DNA of 64,000 nt, from assembly GCA_951406725.2 (NCBI GenBank), contig OX597827.1, positions 5,084,001 through 5,148,000 on the forward strand. The letters run 5' to 3'. The notes under the pieces were generated by a model that saw only the letters and a program-made list of their open reading frames with translations, ran no database searches and was not told the DNA's origin. Shown here in pieces: positions 39,601-53,873 of this stretch (positions within the stretch are counted from its first letter, which is position 1; each line of letters starts with the position of its first letter). The translations under genes and the position numbers were made by a program. The DNA is from Octopus vulgaris. Its lineage: Eukaryota.

Positions 39601-40031
39601 AACTTGAGTGGTACTAATTAGTAATTCCTTTTGTTTTCTTTCATAGATTGCTATATTTTAAAATTAGATTTAGTTTAGCAAGTCCCTTTTTTTTTATCCA
39701 AGTTTCATTGGTTTATAAATATTTCAATATTGCAATAAATTCTACAAAAGAAGTATGAAGAAAAATAAAAGCCAAAACAAAATTTTCTTCAATAAATCTA
39801 ATTGATATCACTAAGAATGACAGCAGTTAAACTTTGGTTTTGACATTTCAAAAGTGAGAATAAACTCAGGAACATAAATAAAGACAACAGAAAAGAAGAA
39901 AAAAAAAACAAGAAGAAAAAAAAAAGGAAACAAAACAAAGATAGGAAAGCAAAAACGATCAATTTAGATTCTAGCCAGTTTTCATTATTAATAATAAATA
40001 GAAGTATATCTACGATATCGTTTAAAAATAC

Positions 40032-40208
40032 ATCTGATGAAATCTATATTTCTGAAACTGTAGAGTTTCTCCTATTTTAATTTTCCTACAAACGATGAAT
40101 TCTGAAAGGATTCTAGAAATTGGCTTGTAAAGTCTATAAAATGTCTGAGGTTTGACATAAGAGATTTGCTTTAAATTATTAAGTATACTATTTGATGCAG
40201 CAACTCTT
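40032..40208 (-). pseudogene. Exon-like segment RVAASNSILNNLKQISYVKP...
   Basis: Strong acceptor ttctctaacag|; one open frame; donor uncertain. Confidence 0.35.
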
Positions 40209-40503
40209 CTGTTAGAGAATAGACAAAATTGGCAAGAAAGTGAACATAAAAAATATATAGACACCAATTTATTGGCATCACTCAACTTATGTATATGTTA
40301 TAAATGTTTACTAGTTTCGCAGCCAATATTGTAATTCTTTTTTGTTCTCTTTCTTTCTTTCTTCCTGCCTTCCTTTCTTCCTTTCTTTTTTTTTTCCTTC
40401 TTCTTTCGTTTTTGATATTAGAAAATTAAACATTTAGTTATCATATATCAAGCCAAAACTGAATCTTAGAAAGTGAAGGCTCATAAAAGAAAAAGTAAAG
40501 AAG

Positions 40504-40542
<39 letters not shown>

Positions 40543-41081
40543 CAAGAAAAATTGGCAATGAATCAAGTAATAAAATCAATCAATACTGCCATCATTATCA
40601 TTATTATTATTGAAGATCTTAATGTGATCAAGTATAGTATTGTAAATATTATTTAACATTTTCAAGTAATTAAGCTAAATGCAAAATGTAGCTCTATGAA
40701 ATATAGTTATGTCTTAAGATCTCCCTTCTTTTGAATGCTATTAACAATATTGTTTGCTGTCAACAGAATATTCAATAAAAATAGTATAGCCATATAATAT
40801 GAATTTTATAGATATTTCTGCGCTTTAATTTTCTTCTATTAATTGGAAAGTTCATGTTCTGGATAGCCTACACAGATATTTTTTATTAGTTCTGATACTA
40901 ACTACCTAATAAAGGACTAACATCTTATTTTGTGAGCATTTTAATGTCAAGATGCTTGCCTAAGTTCAGCCAAAAAAATGTGTTTATTTCTTTTAATTAT
41001 ATAGTAATGTGATTGTTCTTTATTTTGGGAAAAATATTGTTAAATCTTATTTGCTGTGAAGAAAGAAAATATGCAAATTTC

Positions 41082-41191
41082 CTGGACACAACTAAGTTCA
41101 TAGCTTAATGATGGCTTTATATTTCTGAAACAGTAATAGCTTTGAAATTGACTAATCTTTGCAGTAAAAAGTCTATCTACGTAATTGGATA
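41082..41191 (-). pseudogene. Exon-like segment with REJ/FN3-like pattern SYYCFRNIKPSLSYELSCVQ
   Basis: Pyrimidine tract with AAG acceptor; the donor position reads CAG|gaaatt (non-canonical). Confidence 0.35.
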
Positions 41192-42009
41192 CTTGTAATA
41201 GAGAAAGAAAAGAAAAGTGAAAGCGATAGAGATAAAGAAAGAGATAAGGAGCAAAAGCGGACACATATTTAATAAAAGTATATGTTTAGCATTATTCAGT
41301 TCTGACATTTTTGTATGGGGGGAAAAAGAAAACAAAATGTGTATAATAAAATAAGCTTTGTTAATTTCTTATTTTTCTGGGGAGGGGAAAAGGAGCAGTG
41401 CTAAGTCTTTGCAAGCTCTCCCAGACATGGTTCAATTAAAGTTGTTAATGTCCATTTTGAACCATTTGCTAGTCATCACCTTCAGGAAAGGAGTTTCAGA
41501 TGCGCAGTGTGCTGGGCCTGGTGATGAGGACCCATACAATAACGGTAATGGAAGGACAACTTCATACAATAATGGTCTTTGATACATTTGTCCTTATCCC
41601 AGTGCATATTGACTTATTTCCAAAAATTTGTATGGAAGCATCATCATCTCTATCATTGTTTTAACATCTACTTTTCCATGCTTGCATGGATCAGATGGAA
41701 TTCATTGAAACAGATTTTCTATGGACAGATGTCCTTTCAGTCACCGTCACACACTTGTTTCCAAGAAAGGTAATGTTTCCCTATAACTGAACATGTTTCC
41801 ATGGAAGATTAGAATAATACTGCTAATATGACAATGACACGCTTTTATTACTATCACATAATGTCTAGAGGAGACAGAATTTAGCCATCCATAGATCAAA
41901 AACTTAATCTGAATACTTGGAGTCTAAAGGCACCCAAGCTTCAAACTGTGGTGTTAAACTGGGTGACAGATTAAGCACGATTTACTTTGGTTTTAAATCT
42001 TTAGACGCA

Positions 42010-42425
42010 TGCGTAGCTGTGCAATTTAGAAGCTTGTTTTGTAATCATGTTTTTTTAGGCTCAGTTCCATTGTGCAGCACCTTGGGCAAGTGTTTTCTTC
42101 TATAATTCTAGGCCAACCAGTTTTGCAGCTGGAAACTTTGAAAGGCCCCATTTCTATCTATCTATCTATCTATCTATCTACCTATCTATCTATATATCTA
42201 TGTATCTGTCTGTCTGTTTGTCTGTGCATGTGTGTGTGTTTACCTCCACCCCTCCCTAATTGCTTGACAGCTGGTACTGGTTTGTTTATGTGCCAATAAC
42301 TAAATGCTTCAGCAAAAGAGACTGACAAAACAAATGCCAGGCTTTAAAAAGAAACAAAAAAAAAATACATGAGCATTGGGGTTGTCTTGGCTGCAGTCCA
42401 ATGATTGAAAGAAGTAAAAGATAAA
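42010..42425 (+). mobile_element. Old SINE family A
   Basis: CTCAGTTCC...CACCTTGGGCAAGTG...AAGTAAAAG. Confidence 0.7.
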
Positions 42426-42578
42426 AGCTAAAATGAAATAGAATTTTAAACTTAATATTTCTTGTTTAATAACTAAAAATAATGAATTAACTGCTATGAT
42501 TTTCAGTGTAATGCATCAGTCTGAGATAGAAAAGAGAAAAAGGCCTACAAATGGGAGAGGGAATGATTCTTAACATAT

Positions 42579-42727
42579 TGCTGTGTGGACGCCCCCAGAC
42601 GATGAAGTAGGCTAGCCCAATGCGTAGATATAGAGGGAGAAACCTAGACGTCGAGACAGTAGAAGAGTAGGAGCACAGTCGAGCAGAGAAGAGTTGAGTA
42701 GAGGTCATCCGAACGTGCGACATAACA
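42579..42727. mobile_element. Short solo LTR-like insertion (149 bp)
   Basis: TG...CA ends, imperfect terminal inversion TGCTGTGT/ACATAACA, perfect 5-bp TSD CATAT, CpG-rich compared with flanks. Confidence 0.65.
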
Positions 42728-44189
42728 CATATACACAAGACCACAAATCTGGTCAGGAGGCGTTAGTGGATCAAATCAACTCCTGTACTTGTAGTTTGTT
42801 GTTATCAATTCCAGGAAGATGAAAAGCCACATTGATCTTTGCAGGATTGGGACTCAGAACATGGAATGACAGCTAATTATTGCAAAATCTCTTGTTTAAT
42901 GTTCCAATAAATTTGCCAGTTCACCACCCTACACATGTGACTAATAATAAATTTCACAAACTATCAAAGATTATCTCAAAATAATTTGATGAATACTAGT
43001 GTTCTACAATAAACGGTATTAATATAAAGATTATTGCAATCAGATGTGAGAAATTATTTCAATCATTACCTTGTGTTGTACTTCTTGAAAATTAGGTTAT
43101 AGATTAATTTTTAATTATTAATTTGTTATTCTGCTGTAGTTGATAGTTATTTTAAAATTTTATTGTCATTTAAATAATACCCATTGTAGCTATTAAAGTT
43201 TAAACTGTATGCAAACATATATATGCGCGCACACACACACACACACACACAAAACACACACTCTCTCTCTCTCTCGTTCTCTCTTTCGCCACCTCTCTCC
43301 CTCCCTCATGCACATGCACTTGAAAAGTAGCACACAAGTATTCACAGACACACATTCGTGCACCTCCAACACACATTGTTTGTTCTTGTTTACATTGGAT
43401 GCAGTCTTAGAACTGCAGTTATTGATGGAACACCACCTTCAAAGGTTTTAACCAATTATAGTGACTTCAGTATTCTATTATATCGATGTCACGAAGGTCA
43501 AATGGTAAAACCAGTCTCGAAGAAAAAGGACATAACTTCAAAATAAAATACTAAAGGTATTTTTTAACAAGCCCCTTTTATTCTCATTTCTTATATATGT
43601 TTACATGCATTGAATATACCCAGTATAAATCTGGTTAAACCTCAAGTTAGTGTGTAATGAAGAGTCCTGGTGAAAGTGAAATTCTTGTGCATTATTACAA
43701 TTCAAATCTTTATGCACAAGTGACTAAACATGTCTCTATGTGCCTGAAAATAGTTCTGCTTCTATATTATCATACTGCGTCACTACGTCTGGTATTGAAT
43801 TGTCACAAACATGAATTTGAGTGCTACAATTCCAAAAGCTTCAGCTTCTAATAAAATATAAACCCTATTTTAAGCATCGAGTTCATAATTTTTCCTTTTA
43901 TAAGAACAAACTGTCACCAGTCCATACATAGTGTATGTGTGTGTGTGTTTGTGTGTTTATGTTTAATTACAGCATCTTAGTCATTTAATATTTACTGAAA
44001 AATACCATTCAGTTTGTCCTTCAGCATTTGTAGTGGAGTGAAACGATGTTATGGGCTTGTCCCCACTCTTTGCTTCCCTGTCAGGCTGAAGCATCCCTTT
44101 GGAACATCAGCCAATGGTGTTTACCTTTACACAAAACTCGACAGGAAGCTTCAGTTAGTCCCAATGAAGATGGAAATATAAGTAATCAA

Positions 44190-45030
44190 AGAACTCATCA
44201 GAGAAAGCTGTTTGCACGTAATATGGCACTGGTAACACACCCAGAGCAGTAATTGTGAGAATGCCTCATGGAGAATCTCACAAGAGCCTGTCCATTCTTC
44301 AGCTTGACCATTAGTCTGATGAAACTGAATGTACAGGGCCAAGGTGTTGGGCAATCCCCTATCATTACCATCAGCAAGTATGAACTAGAATGAGGCCATG
44401 CATTCACATATATTGGTTTCACCATCGTAGACAACCTCTCTCTACTAACTGAAATTAACAGATGTACTAGAAGAGCAGTTTCAACACTAGCTGGGCTGAA
44501 AATGAGAATCTGGAAGAAAATGGGGTACACCAAGATGCAAAGCTTGCATCCTCAGCCCACTCCTTTATTGTAGTGAGACCTGGAACATTGACTCCAAACA
44601 AGAGCTACATCTCAATACCTTCCACCTATGCAGCTTGAGATAGATTCTGGGCATCAAATGAACTGGCTGAGTCACCAGCAAAGAGGTTTTGTTTCATATA
44701 CTGATATTCAGCCTCCTCATCTTACTGTAACAATGATGCCTCTGCTGGCTTGACCATGTACTCTGCATGCAAAAGGAAAGAATCTCAAAGGACCTGCTGC
44801 ATGAGGAATTGGCATCTGGCAAAAATAAAACACAAAGGACTGTATCCATTTTCATTTCATGGATGTTTGCAAGAAAGACATAATATCTCTTTACATGAAC
44901 ATTGAAAAGTGAGAGGAAATAACTGGTGATTGTTCCCACTGGAAAGTGGAACTAAACAAAGGCTTCATAAGATGAGAGGTGAGGCTGAGGCTTGTTGATG
45001 AAGAAAAGGGAAATCAATGGAAAAACAGCA
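44190..45030 (+). mobile_element. Decayed RTE (BovB-like) LINE fragment
   Basis: LFA..ALVTH, FSLTISLMKLNV, FTYIGFTI..LSLLTEINR. Confidence 0.7.
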
Positions 45031-45255
45031 TATCTACTGTTCTTTTCTGTTTCTTGTGTTCTTCTTGGAAAAAAGCCTCCAAACAGCCCTTAATGCAATA
45101 CACACAGGGGCTGAATTTTGTACTCCGCTATCAGTCTTAATTATTTCTTTCTGGCAGTCACAAGGTACAGCTCCAGAATTGCACTGAGGTTTTGGAACAT
45201 CATTAGGATTTATATGTCCTTTCCGAATTCTGTCAATCACATTATTTCTTGTCTG

Positions 45256-45400
45256 TATTATACCTTTGTGGAATCTCTGTATTGTACCACAAAGGTGATG
45301 GTGAACCAAGAATCAGTATCAGTGCTGATGCCCTTCACAGGTACCCTCATATTGTTTTGTCTCATGTATTGAAACAATACATAGAACAATGCAAAAAGTG
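45256..45400 (-). pseudogene. Exon-like segment RVPVKGISTDTDSWFTITF (REJ P-x-x-G...F-x-I-like)
   Basis: Open frame ending AAG|gtataa; acceptor unclear. Confidence 0.25.
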
Positions 45401-46199
45401 GCATACCGACTTAACTTGATTTCTCACCTTATTCTCAGTTTTGAAAATTAGTCATATTGTTCCATCAGCTTTAACCTAGCAGAAGAGATATTGCTCCAAG
45501 TATTGAAAAGGGTTACCCTCAGCTGCTGCTTTGAGGGCTTAACAAAAAACCCTGTGTTTTTAGGGTTGCAGAGACATGCAGTCTTCTTCCTTTCTGGTGC
45601 TTTGATAATGACCTAATATAGAGTAACTACTTCTTTGGTAACTCGTCTTTATCACATTGCGTTCTATCTATGCCATGTTGCAGATATTTATCACATCTTT
45701 ATGGCTAGAGACTCTAGTGAAAAAATTATTGACAACCATTTCTGTTGCCTCCACTCAAAACAGTTCTTTTGTTCATTAAATTTGGCTTGTTTACTTAATT
45801 TGGCAAAATATGTGTGGGCGTTGTTGTTAATATTGTTAACAGTATCATTTAAATTGTTTTTATATCTTAAAATATCATTATTTTCCTTGTGAACACTTTT
45901 TGAGTCTTGCTGTGAAATTGAATTTATTTTCCTTTTGCTTATCATTTTTTTTATAGTACTTATTAATATAATATTTTATATTACTAAGTGTTGTAATTTC
46001 AATTTTTTGTTCTCTCTGTTGTCATATTCATTTTCACATTTGAAGGGAGCATTTCCCTACTGAGAAGCTGTTTTGAATTAGATGTAAACAAAAAACAGCA
46101 AGATATGTTTTAAAAAATGACAAACTTATGTCTCTCCCAGTATGGGAGCAAACATCCAATGCATTCCAGGGAAAATTATCCCAAAACGAATATATTTTT

Positions 46200-48698
46200 C
46201 AGCTATTCCAGTTATTCATGGTAAAAAAAAAAAAATCAACATCCCGGAGAGATTCAGCAATGAAATTAGAATGAGCACGGAGCTGGACCATTGTGCTTGA
46301 GTCACACCGTGATGAGGCAAATTATTCAGCACTAAAAACACTGTACTCAACATAGACATAGAAATTGAAGAATTAGACCACAACCACCCATACAAGTATC
46401 TAAGAATAAACGAAACAGCTAAAATACAACACATAGAAATGAAAGAGAATATCAGGAAAGGGTATTACAGGAAAGTTAGATTAATATTAAACACTGAACT
46501 CAATGCTAAAACCAAAATAATCGGGACAAACATGCTAAGTCATACCAGTCATAAATTACAGCTTTAACATAATAAACTGGAAGATCAGTGAATTGAGAAA
46601 CCTGGATAGAAAAACCAGAAAACTAGTAACAGCACACCAAAGTCACCACCCCAAAGCAGACGCAGACAGAATATATCAACCCCACCCAGAAGGAGGTCAT
46701 GGCTTGAAACTACTATAAAATAACAACAGTTGGACTGGCAAAGTACTTAGAAGCAAACAATGGAAGACTACTGGATGTAGTAAAGCAACACAAGAAAAAG
46801 AAAATGCTTTTCTCTATACACAAGAAGGTGACAAAATCCAAAACAGAAACGAACTACACTGACACACTGACCTCAGATGATAACATAGAAGAAATGGTCA
46901 GAGAGACAAAAAAACAAAATGAAAACTGAATTACAAAAGATACTGAAGAAGAAATGGCGAGAAAAATCCCTTTATGGCCAATACCCTGCAAGGCTTGACA
47001 GAGAGGAAGTGAGCCAAAGTAAAAGCCAACAGTAGCTCAAAAGCTCTAGACTAAAAGCCGGAATGGAAGGACTGATTCTTGCTGCACAAGACCAATGCCT
47101 GACTACAAACAATTATAAAATCAAAGAAATGAAAACAGGCCTCAACACCAAATGCAGAATGTGCAACCAGTGCAATGAGACAGTTGACAACATCAGCTCA
47201 GGCTGCTCAGTCCTTGCTAAGTCTGAATATGTATACAGACACAACAAAGTAAGCAGTTATATGCATTGGACAATATACCAACATTGCAACATCAAAACTG
47301 ACAACAGGTGGTATAAGCATGTGCCAAGCAAGGTACAAGACAACGACCAGGCCACAATCATCTGGGATATGCCAGTTCAAACTGACAAAGAAATAAAAGC
47401 TAATCGTTCAGACATAATAATCAAGGATTGGGGAAAAAACACTTGCTTTCTGGTAGACATTGCTGTCCCTTCTAATCAAAATATTGTCAAAAATGAAGTG
47501 GAGAAATTGTCAAAGTACAAGTCCTTGAAATTGAAGTATTCAAAATGTGGGGCATGAAGGTAAAAATAATACCAAAATAATTGGAGTATTGGGCATGATA
47601 AAATTATATTAGTATCTATTAATTCATGTTAGCATGGATATAATTGATTTTTTAGCCAAATTTAGCATCTTCTCAGCCATAAAGTGAATCAAAAATATTA
47701 TTCTCTCAGACCCTATACAATCAAAGGAAAAGTATGATATATAGAAAATGTGAAATCATTGGAGAGATTTGGAGAATGGTATCAATAAATATGCCTATAT
47801 GAGGATATTTAGTATATATTCAAACTTAAACTGTTTGAGTAATGAGGGCCATTTTCAATATCAAAATAAATATCAAATGGAAATTGTAGTTGTGATACCT
47901 GTGCTGGTAGCACGTAAAAAGCACCATTCGAACGTGGTCGATGCCAGCTCCGCCTTGACTGGCTTCTGTCCCGGTGGCATGTAAAAAGCACCAACCGATC
48001 GTGGCGGTTGCCAACCTTCCCTGGCATGTAAAAAGCACCCACTACACTCACAGAGTGGTTGGCGTTAGGAAGGGCGTCCAACAGTAGAAACACGGCCAGA
48101 TCAAGATTGGAGCCTGGTGCAGCCCACTGGTTTCCCAAACCCTGGTCAAACCGTCCAACCCGTGCTAGCATGGAAAATGGACGTTAAATGATGATGATGA
48201 TGATGATAAAAAAAGATATGAACAAATATGTAGAAGCTATACCTGGATCCTCAACACTACACACTGTCTAAAAAATAGCCCTGCAGAGAACAGCCCATAG
48301 CCTACGCAAGACACTATCAATTCAATAATACAATCAAAACAAAGCGGCCCACAAATACACGATACATACTCTATAGCATTTACCCAGTGAAATAAACTTC
48401 CTCCAGCAATCCAGAAAGCCAACATATTACACACCCAACATACAATACAAGCAGCAATAATAACAAAAGACTGCACCACACCTCAAGAGAAGAAAAAAGG
48501 ACACAATACAGTATCAGAAAGAGTTTGCACACCCCCAACAGCAGGAAAGAATGCACCGCAACAACACAGAAGTGCAGCAGGTGATGCAGCAGAAATTTGC
48601 CTCACTCTACCAAATATTGAACAGTTATATGATGATGATGGTGGTGGTGGTGGTGGCGGCGGCGGCAGCGCTGATGATGATGATGATGATGATGATGA
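46200..48698 (+). mobile_element. R4/Dong-like non-LTR retrotransposon (RT end, CCHC, restriction-like endonuclease), decayed and interrupted
   Basis: AAQDQ, CRMC..ETVD..SGC, RHNKV, IWD..ANRSDI, VDIAVP, EKLSKY; IIGVLGMIK resumes after the insertion as KKDMNKYVEAIPG..TAHSLRKTL; (GAT)n-like tail. Confidence 0.85.
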
Positions 48699-48938
48699 GT
48701 ATGGAAAGTTTGAATTTGAATATATACTAAATATCCTCATATAGGCATATTTATTGATACCATTCTCCAAATCTCTCCAATGATTTCACATATTCTATAT
48801 ATCATACTTTTCCTTTGATTGTATAGGGTCTGAGAGAATAATATTTTTGATTCACTTTATGGCTGAGAAGATGCTAAATTTGGCTAAAAAAATCAATTAT
48901 ATCCATGCTAACATGAATTAATAGATACTAATATAATT
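47602..48938. repeat. 223/224-bp near-perfect inverted duplication (47602-47824 and 48715-48938)
   Basis: I see only one substitution and one homopolymer indel between the arms. Confidence 0.95.
47833..48207 (+). mobile_element. SINE-like family D inserted in the R4-like element
   Basis: Three 5' units, (GAT)n tail, ATGATAAAA on both sides of the whole insertion. Confidence 0.85.
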
Positions 48939-49322
48939 AGGTTTGTGTTTGAGTCTGTGTGTTTATTAGCCACTAGTATAATGAGGTAAACTTATGAGGT
49001 TAAAGCTCTGTTTGAAGAATAATTGCCAGTTGAAATGTACAAGGATGATGAAAACAACAACAAAAACTAAAGTTCTTGTAGGACATAGGTCATACTTCCC
49101 AATAGTAAGTAAATACTCAAAGTTAAAATGTATTTGCTTGAAGAAAATATATCCAATTTTTTCAGCATATTCTAAAAAATTTTCCATATTTTTGTGGTAT
49201 GGGCTTTCTTATTTCTTTACTGCCCACTAAGGGCTACACACAGAGGGGACAAACAAGGACAGACAAAGGGGTTAAGTCGATTATATAGCCCCCCAGTGCG
49301 TAACTGGTACTATTTATTTATA

Positions 49323-49553
49323 AGGCGGCGAGCTGGCAGAAATGTTAGCACGCCGGGCGAAATGCTTAGCGATATTTCATCTGCCGTTACATTCTGAGTT
49401 CAAATTCCGCCGAGGTCGACTTTGCCTTTCATCCTTTTGGCATCGATTAAATAAGTACCAGTTATGCACTGGGGTCGATATAATCGACTTAATCCATTTG
49501 TCTGTCCTTGTTTGTCCTCTCTGTGTTTAGCCCCTTGTGGGTAGTAAAGAAAT
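49323..49553 (+). mobile_element. SINE family C nested antisense inside another family C copy (49211-49625, -)
   Basis: TSD-like GGTACTATTTA / GGCACTTATTTA. Confidence 0.85.
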
Positions 49554-50331
49554 AGGCACTTATTTAATCGACTACAAAAGGATGCAAGGCAAAGTTGACC
49601 TTGGCAGAATTTGAACTCAGAATGTAGCAACAGACCTTCACGGAATTTGAAGTTGACCTCAGCAGAATTGAGCTTTCTAAAACAGTTAAAATAAGATATC
49701 TGAAGCTAAGATATACAAGGGTTATTAAGAATTCAATAGGAGACACAGCTATGATTGTTTTGTAGAAAGGAGATTTATTTGAGCTTTGGATTCATTAGAT
49801 GTTACACGATTGCGAAATTCTTATTTTGCAATATGAATCTGGCAATTTAAAATAAATCATCAGGTGATTGTTATATGACAATAAATATATGAGAAAAATG
49901 ACAGAGAAACATCATTGAGCAAATGAGACTCAAGTCAAAATCCCAGTCTTTTAGTTGCTATATCTGCATCTTGTCTCTTGAGGATATAACTACTAAATTG
50001 CTTAAGAATAAGACTAGAAATACATTTGTATGTAGAATTCATTAATTCATGTCTTTAAGTCTGCTTGATAAAGGCTGGCTTGGAACTAAACAGCAACATT
50101 AATTCATATACTACATGGTGTGTTGCATAATTTAACTCACGTTATTGAACTAATTATCTGGACATTATTTAGTGCGACACCAGTCTGACTTTGGTTCTGG
50201 ATGTATACGCTAAATTAGCTTCTACAGATTTGAAATTACAATCCCTCATTTGTTAAACATACAAGTTTTTGTTTACACCCAAGTCAGCTTTGATTTAGCA
50301 AACGTATGACCAAAAGGATTCCAGCACTGAC

Positions 50332-50505
50332 CATAATATTTGTTGTCCAGAACAAGTGTAAATGAAACTACACTTTCTAATATGTCTTTTTTTTATGGTG
50401 GGGGACAATAGAGTCCGATATGAAGAACATTTTTCTGCTTTTGATTGGTAGTCATGTGGTAATATAGAAATACCCTTATTAGCTGACAAATCTAGGTGTT
50501 CTTTC
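50332..50505 (-). pseudogene. Exon-like segment, REJ-like, with homopolymer frameshift
   Basis: ...CSSYRTLLSPTIKK / KDILESVVSFTLVLDNKYY|gtcagt; an A8 run shifts the frame. Confidence 0.35.
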
Positions 50506-51167
50506 TAGCTGTTAAAATCCTTAAATTATTTTAGCGCAAAACTAAAAATACATTCTCATATACAATTAATACATATACCCTCTGGTATGTTATGCAATTT
50601 ACCTGGTGGTGCACATACAGCTAACCAATCAGTAATATAATTTTGTAGATATATTTTATTTCTGAGATTTCACTCTTTATTCAGTTACGTTCCAAAATAA
50701 TTCCATAACTTCAACAAATCTAACTCATTTCCACTTCATGATAGACTTTTATGACATCACTTTACTTCAGACTCTGTTGCAGTCATCAAATACCCTTTCT
50801 ATTTCAAGTCATTTTGATTTTGGCGATCAATGTAAAATCAAATCTAAGTTGAATTTAGTTATTTTTTTATAAGAGAAAATTTGCTTATTCTAATTAAATT
50901 TAGTTTGTTGTAAAAATCTTAAAATATACTTTATGACTTGAAGATATATTTTGCTATTTTCATCCTAGGATGCCTTTTGATAATATTCTTCTCTTCATTG
51001 CCATTCATTTGCATTTCTGCATACAATTCTTAAGGAAATGCATCTTGCATTAAAATCTCTGTGCCAATCATATACGTTCTTATACACAAAATGTACAGAT
51101 ATTGCTGAAATTTATATAACTACACATATCTGCCAACCTATATACAGCCTTGTATATATATATATAT

Positions 51168-51400
51168 ATTTCTTTACTGCTCACAAGGGGCTAAACATAG
51201 AGGAGACAAACAAAGACAGACAAGGGGATTAAGTCGCTTATATCGACCCCAGTGCATAACTGGTACTTTATTTATCGACCCTGAAAGGATGAAAGAACAA
51301 AGTCAACCTCAGTGGAATTTGAACTCAGAACGTAACGACAGACGAAATACCGCTAAGCTTTTCGCCCGGCGCGCTAATGATTCTGCCAGCTTGCCGCCTT
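51168..51400 (-). mobile_element. SINE family C
   Basis: Full element; TSD CAGCCTTGTA. Confidence 0.9.
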
Positions 51401-51542
51401 CCAGCCTTGTACAAACACACAAATGAAATTCTGATTTCATTTAAAGTCATTGAATGCATGAATATTGTGACATAACTAGAACTATGACAACATACACTTA
51501 ATGTAGCTTAATAAGGCAGTGAATACCTAAGTGACAAACAAT

Positions 51543-51940
51543 TACTCTTCTACTTGTTTCAGTCATTTGACTGCGGCCATGCTGGAGCACCACCTTTAAT
51601 CGAGCAACTCAACCCCGGGACTTATTCTTTTGTAAGCCCAGTACTTATTCTATCGGTCTCTTTCGCCGAACCGCTAAGTGACGGGGACATAAACACACCA
51701 GCATCAGTTGTCAAGCAATGCTAGGGGGACAAACACAGACACACAAACACACACACGCATATACATATATATACATATATACGACGGACTTCTTTCAGTT
51801 TCTGTCTACCAAATCCACTCACAAGGCATTGGTTGGCCCGGGGCTATAGCAGAAGACACTTGCCCAAGATGCCACGCAGTGGGACTGAACCCGGAACCAT
51901 GTGGTTGGTTAGCAAGCTACTTACCACACAGCCACTCCTG
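51543..51940 (-). mobile_element. SINE family A
   Basis: Very similar to 3091-3516. Confidence 0.9.
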
Positions 51941-52714
51941 TTCATATTTCCAAAATTAATTTTCATTTTTAAGCTTATACCTATCTAATTGTCAACCAAA
52001 TATATATTTTTCATTAATAAAACACAACAATAAACAAACAAAAGTAAAATCGTTTTTGATTTCTATAAATTGATTTGACTCCTAATCATTTTGGACACAA
52101 ACACAATTTGAACTCTTTAAATCAATCAATATATGATTACATTTTGATAAGGATCTATTCATACTAGCAACAAGGAAAACATTTTTAGAAAATAGTTCCT
52201 AATGTAAATCATAGGGAACTTGGCTTAGTTGTTGAATTCCTTGTTAGTGACAAATACCAAAAGTTTTCGAGCTATGAATTATTTGTGAACTCTTAGCGAG
52301 ATATTTGCTCAGTTGTTTAATATTTATACTGTAGCATTATTTTTCTTATTACAGTCCAGTCAGCTTATTGCTAAAAGCAAGGATATTTGATATATAGAAA
52401 AGTATGAGTGGGTCTATATACACAGTATGAGCTTGATCTTCCAATGCTATAGAAATTTTTGACTGTTGGAAAAGTTACTTGTAATTTAGCAAACTGTGTC
52501 TCATTTTTTAATGCCAGAGAAAACAGTGATAAGGATTTGTTCAAATGCCAGTGAAGGGATAGATACAAATATATGCATACATTTATTTGTGTGTGTGTGT
52601 GTATAATATATATATATATCAGAGTTATTAGTGAGGGATTATCAATCCGGACAAAACACTTTATAAGCTCTCTGCTAGTACACCAGGCTAACAAAGACAC
52701 TCACACATAAATAG

Positions 52715-52769
<55 letters not shown>

Positions 52770-53646
52770 ACAGGCTTCTTTCAGTTTCTGTTTATCAAAT
52801 CCACTCACAAGGCTTTGGTTTGCCTGAGGCTATAGTAGAAGATACTTGCCCAAGGTGCCATGCAGTGGGACTGAACCCAGAACCATATGGTTGGGAGAAA
52901 AAAAATTTTGAACTTGTTATCCCTGTCATATAAAATCATAGCATTATTATAGCGATTTAATATCTTCATTGCACATCAACTTGGATAGCAGATGTATTTT
53001 ATGATATGCTGAGTATGGCCATGCACTTAGAACCATGATTGTAAATGAGCATTATTACTATCATACTGATGACGCTGTTTGTCTCCAGTCTTCCATGAAA
53101 AACATTCCTGGCTGTCAGGAAATATTACCTTGCTTGGAAACAGGTGAGGGCTGGTGACAAGAAGGGCATGCAGCCATCAAAAACCTGCCTCAATAGATTC
53201 CACTTGACAGATATAGGCATGGAAAAGTGGACATAAATAAGAATGGTGATGATGATGAATGAGCATCCATCATAATTAGGTTTAAAAAAATCTGGCAAAA
53301 AGTGCATATTATGTTTGAACAAATGCATTACTATTTGTGAGGCACCAGCAAATTGCTGCTTGCAGAGAACTTATTCTTTCAACCTATAAACCATATTTGT
53401 GAGCTACAGTGCTCTTGATAATGATGATCAATGATGAAGTTATTGATTTTTTTTCTTTTTAAAAGTTCTTGGGTTGATTGGAATTTTCATGATGCTGGAA
53501 ATATAGTTTCAAATTTTAGCATGTGGCCAACAGTTTTCGGAGAGTGACTAAGTCAATTATATTAGTTCCAGTACTTGAGTGGAACTTATTTTTTTAACCC
53601 CAAGAGAATGAAAGATAAAGTTGACCTTAGTGGTATTTGAACTCAG

Positions 53647-53873
53647 GCGAGCTGGCAGAAACGTTAGCACGCCGGGCGAAATGCGTAGCCGTATTTCGTC
53701 TGCCGTTACGTTCTGAGTTCAAATTCCGCCGAGGTCGACTTTGTCTTTCATCCTTTCGGGGTCGATAAATTAAATACCAGTTACGCACTGGGGTCGATAT
53801 AATCGACTTAATCCGTCTGTCTGTCCTTGTTTGTCTCCTCTGTGTTTAGCCCCTTGTGGGTAGTAAAGAAATA
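53647..53873 (+). mobile_element. Young SINE family C nested in an old antisense family C copy
   Basis: 15-bp TSD GGTATTTGAACTCAG at 53632-53646 and 53874-53888. Confidence 0.92.

Noticed and set aside
41400-41610. GC-richer island as a further exon
   Set aside because: Short open frames on both strands but no convincing splice-site pair or motif
45430-46070. Inverted 5' part of the R4-like element
   Set aside because: Composition is suggestive, but I could not read a convincing motif or TSD
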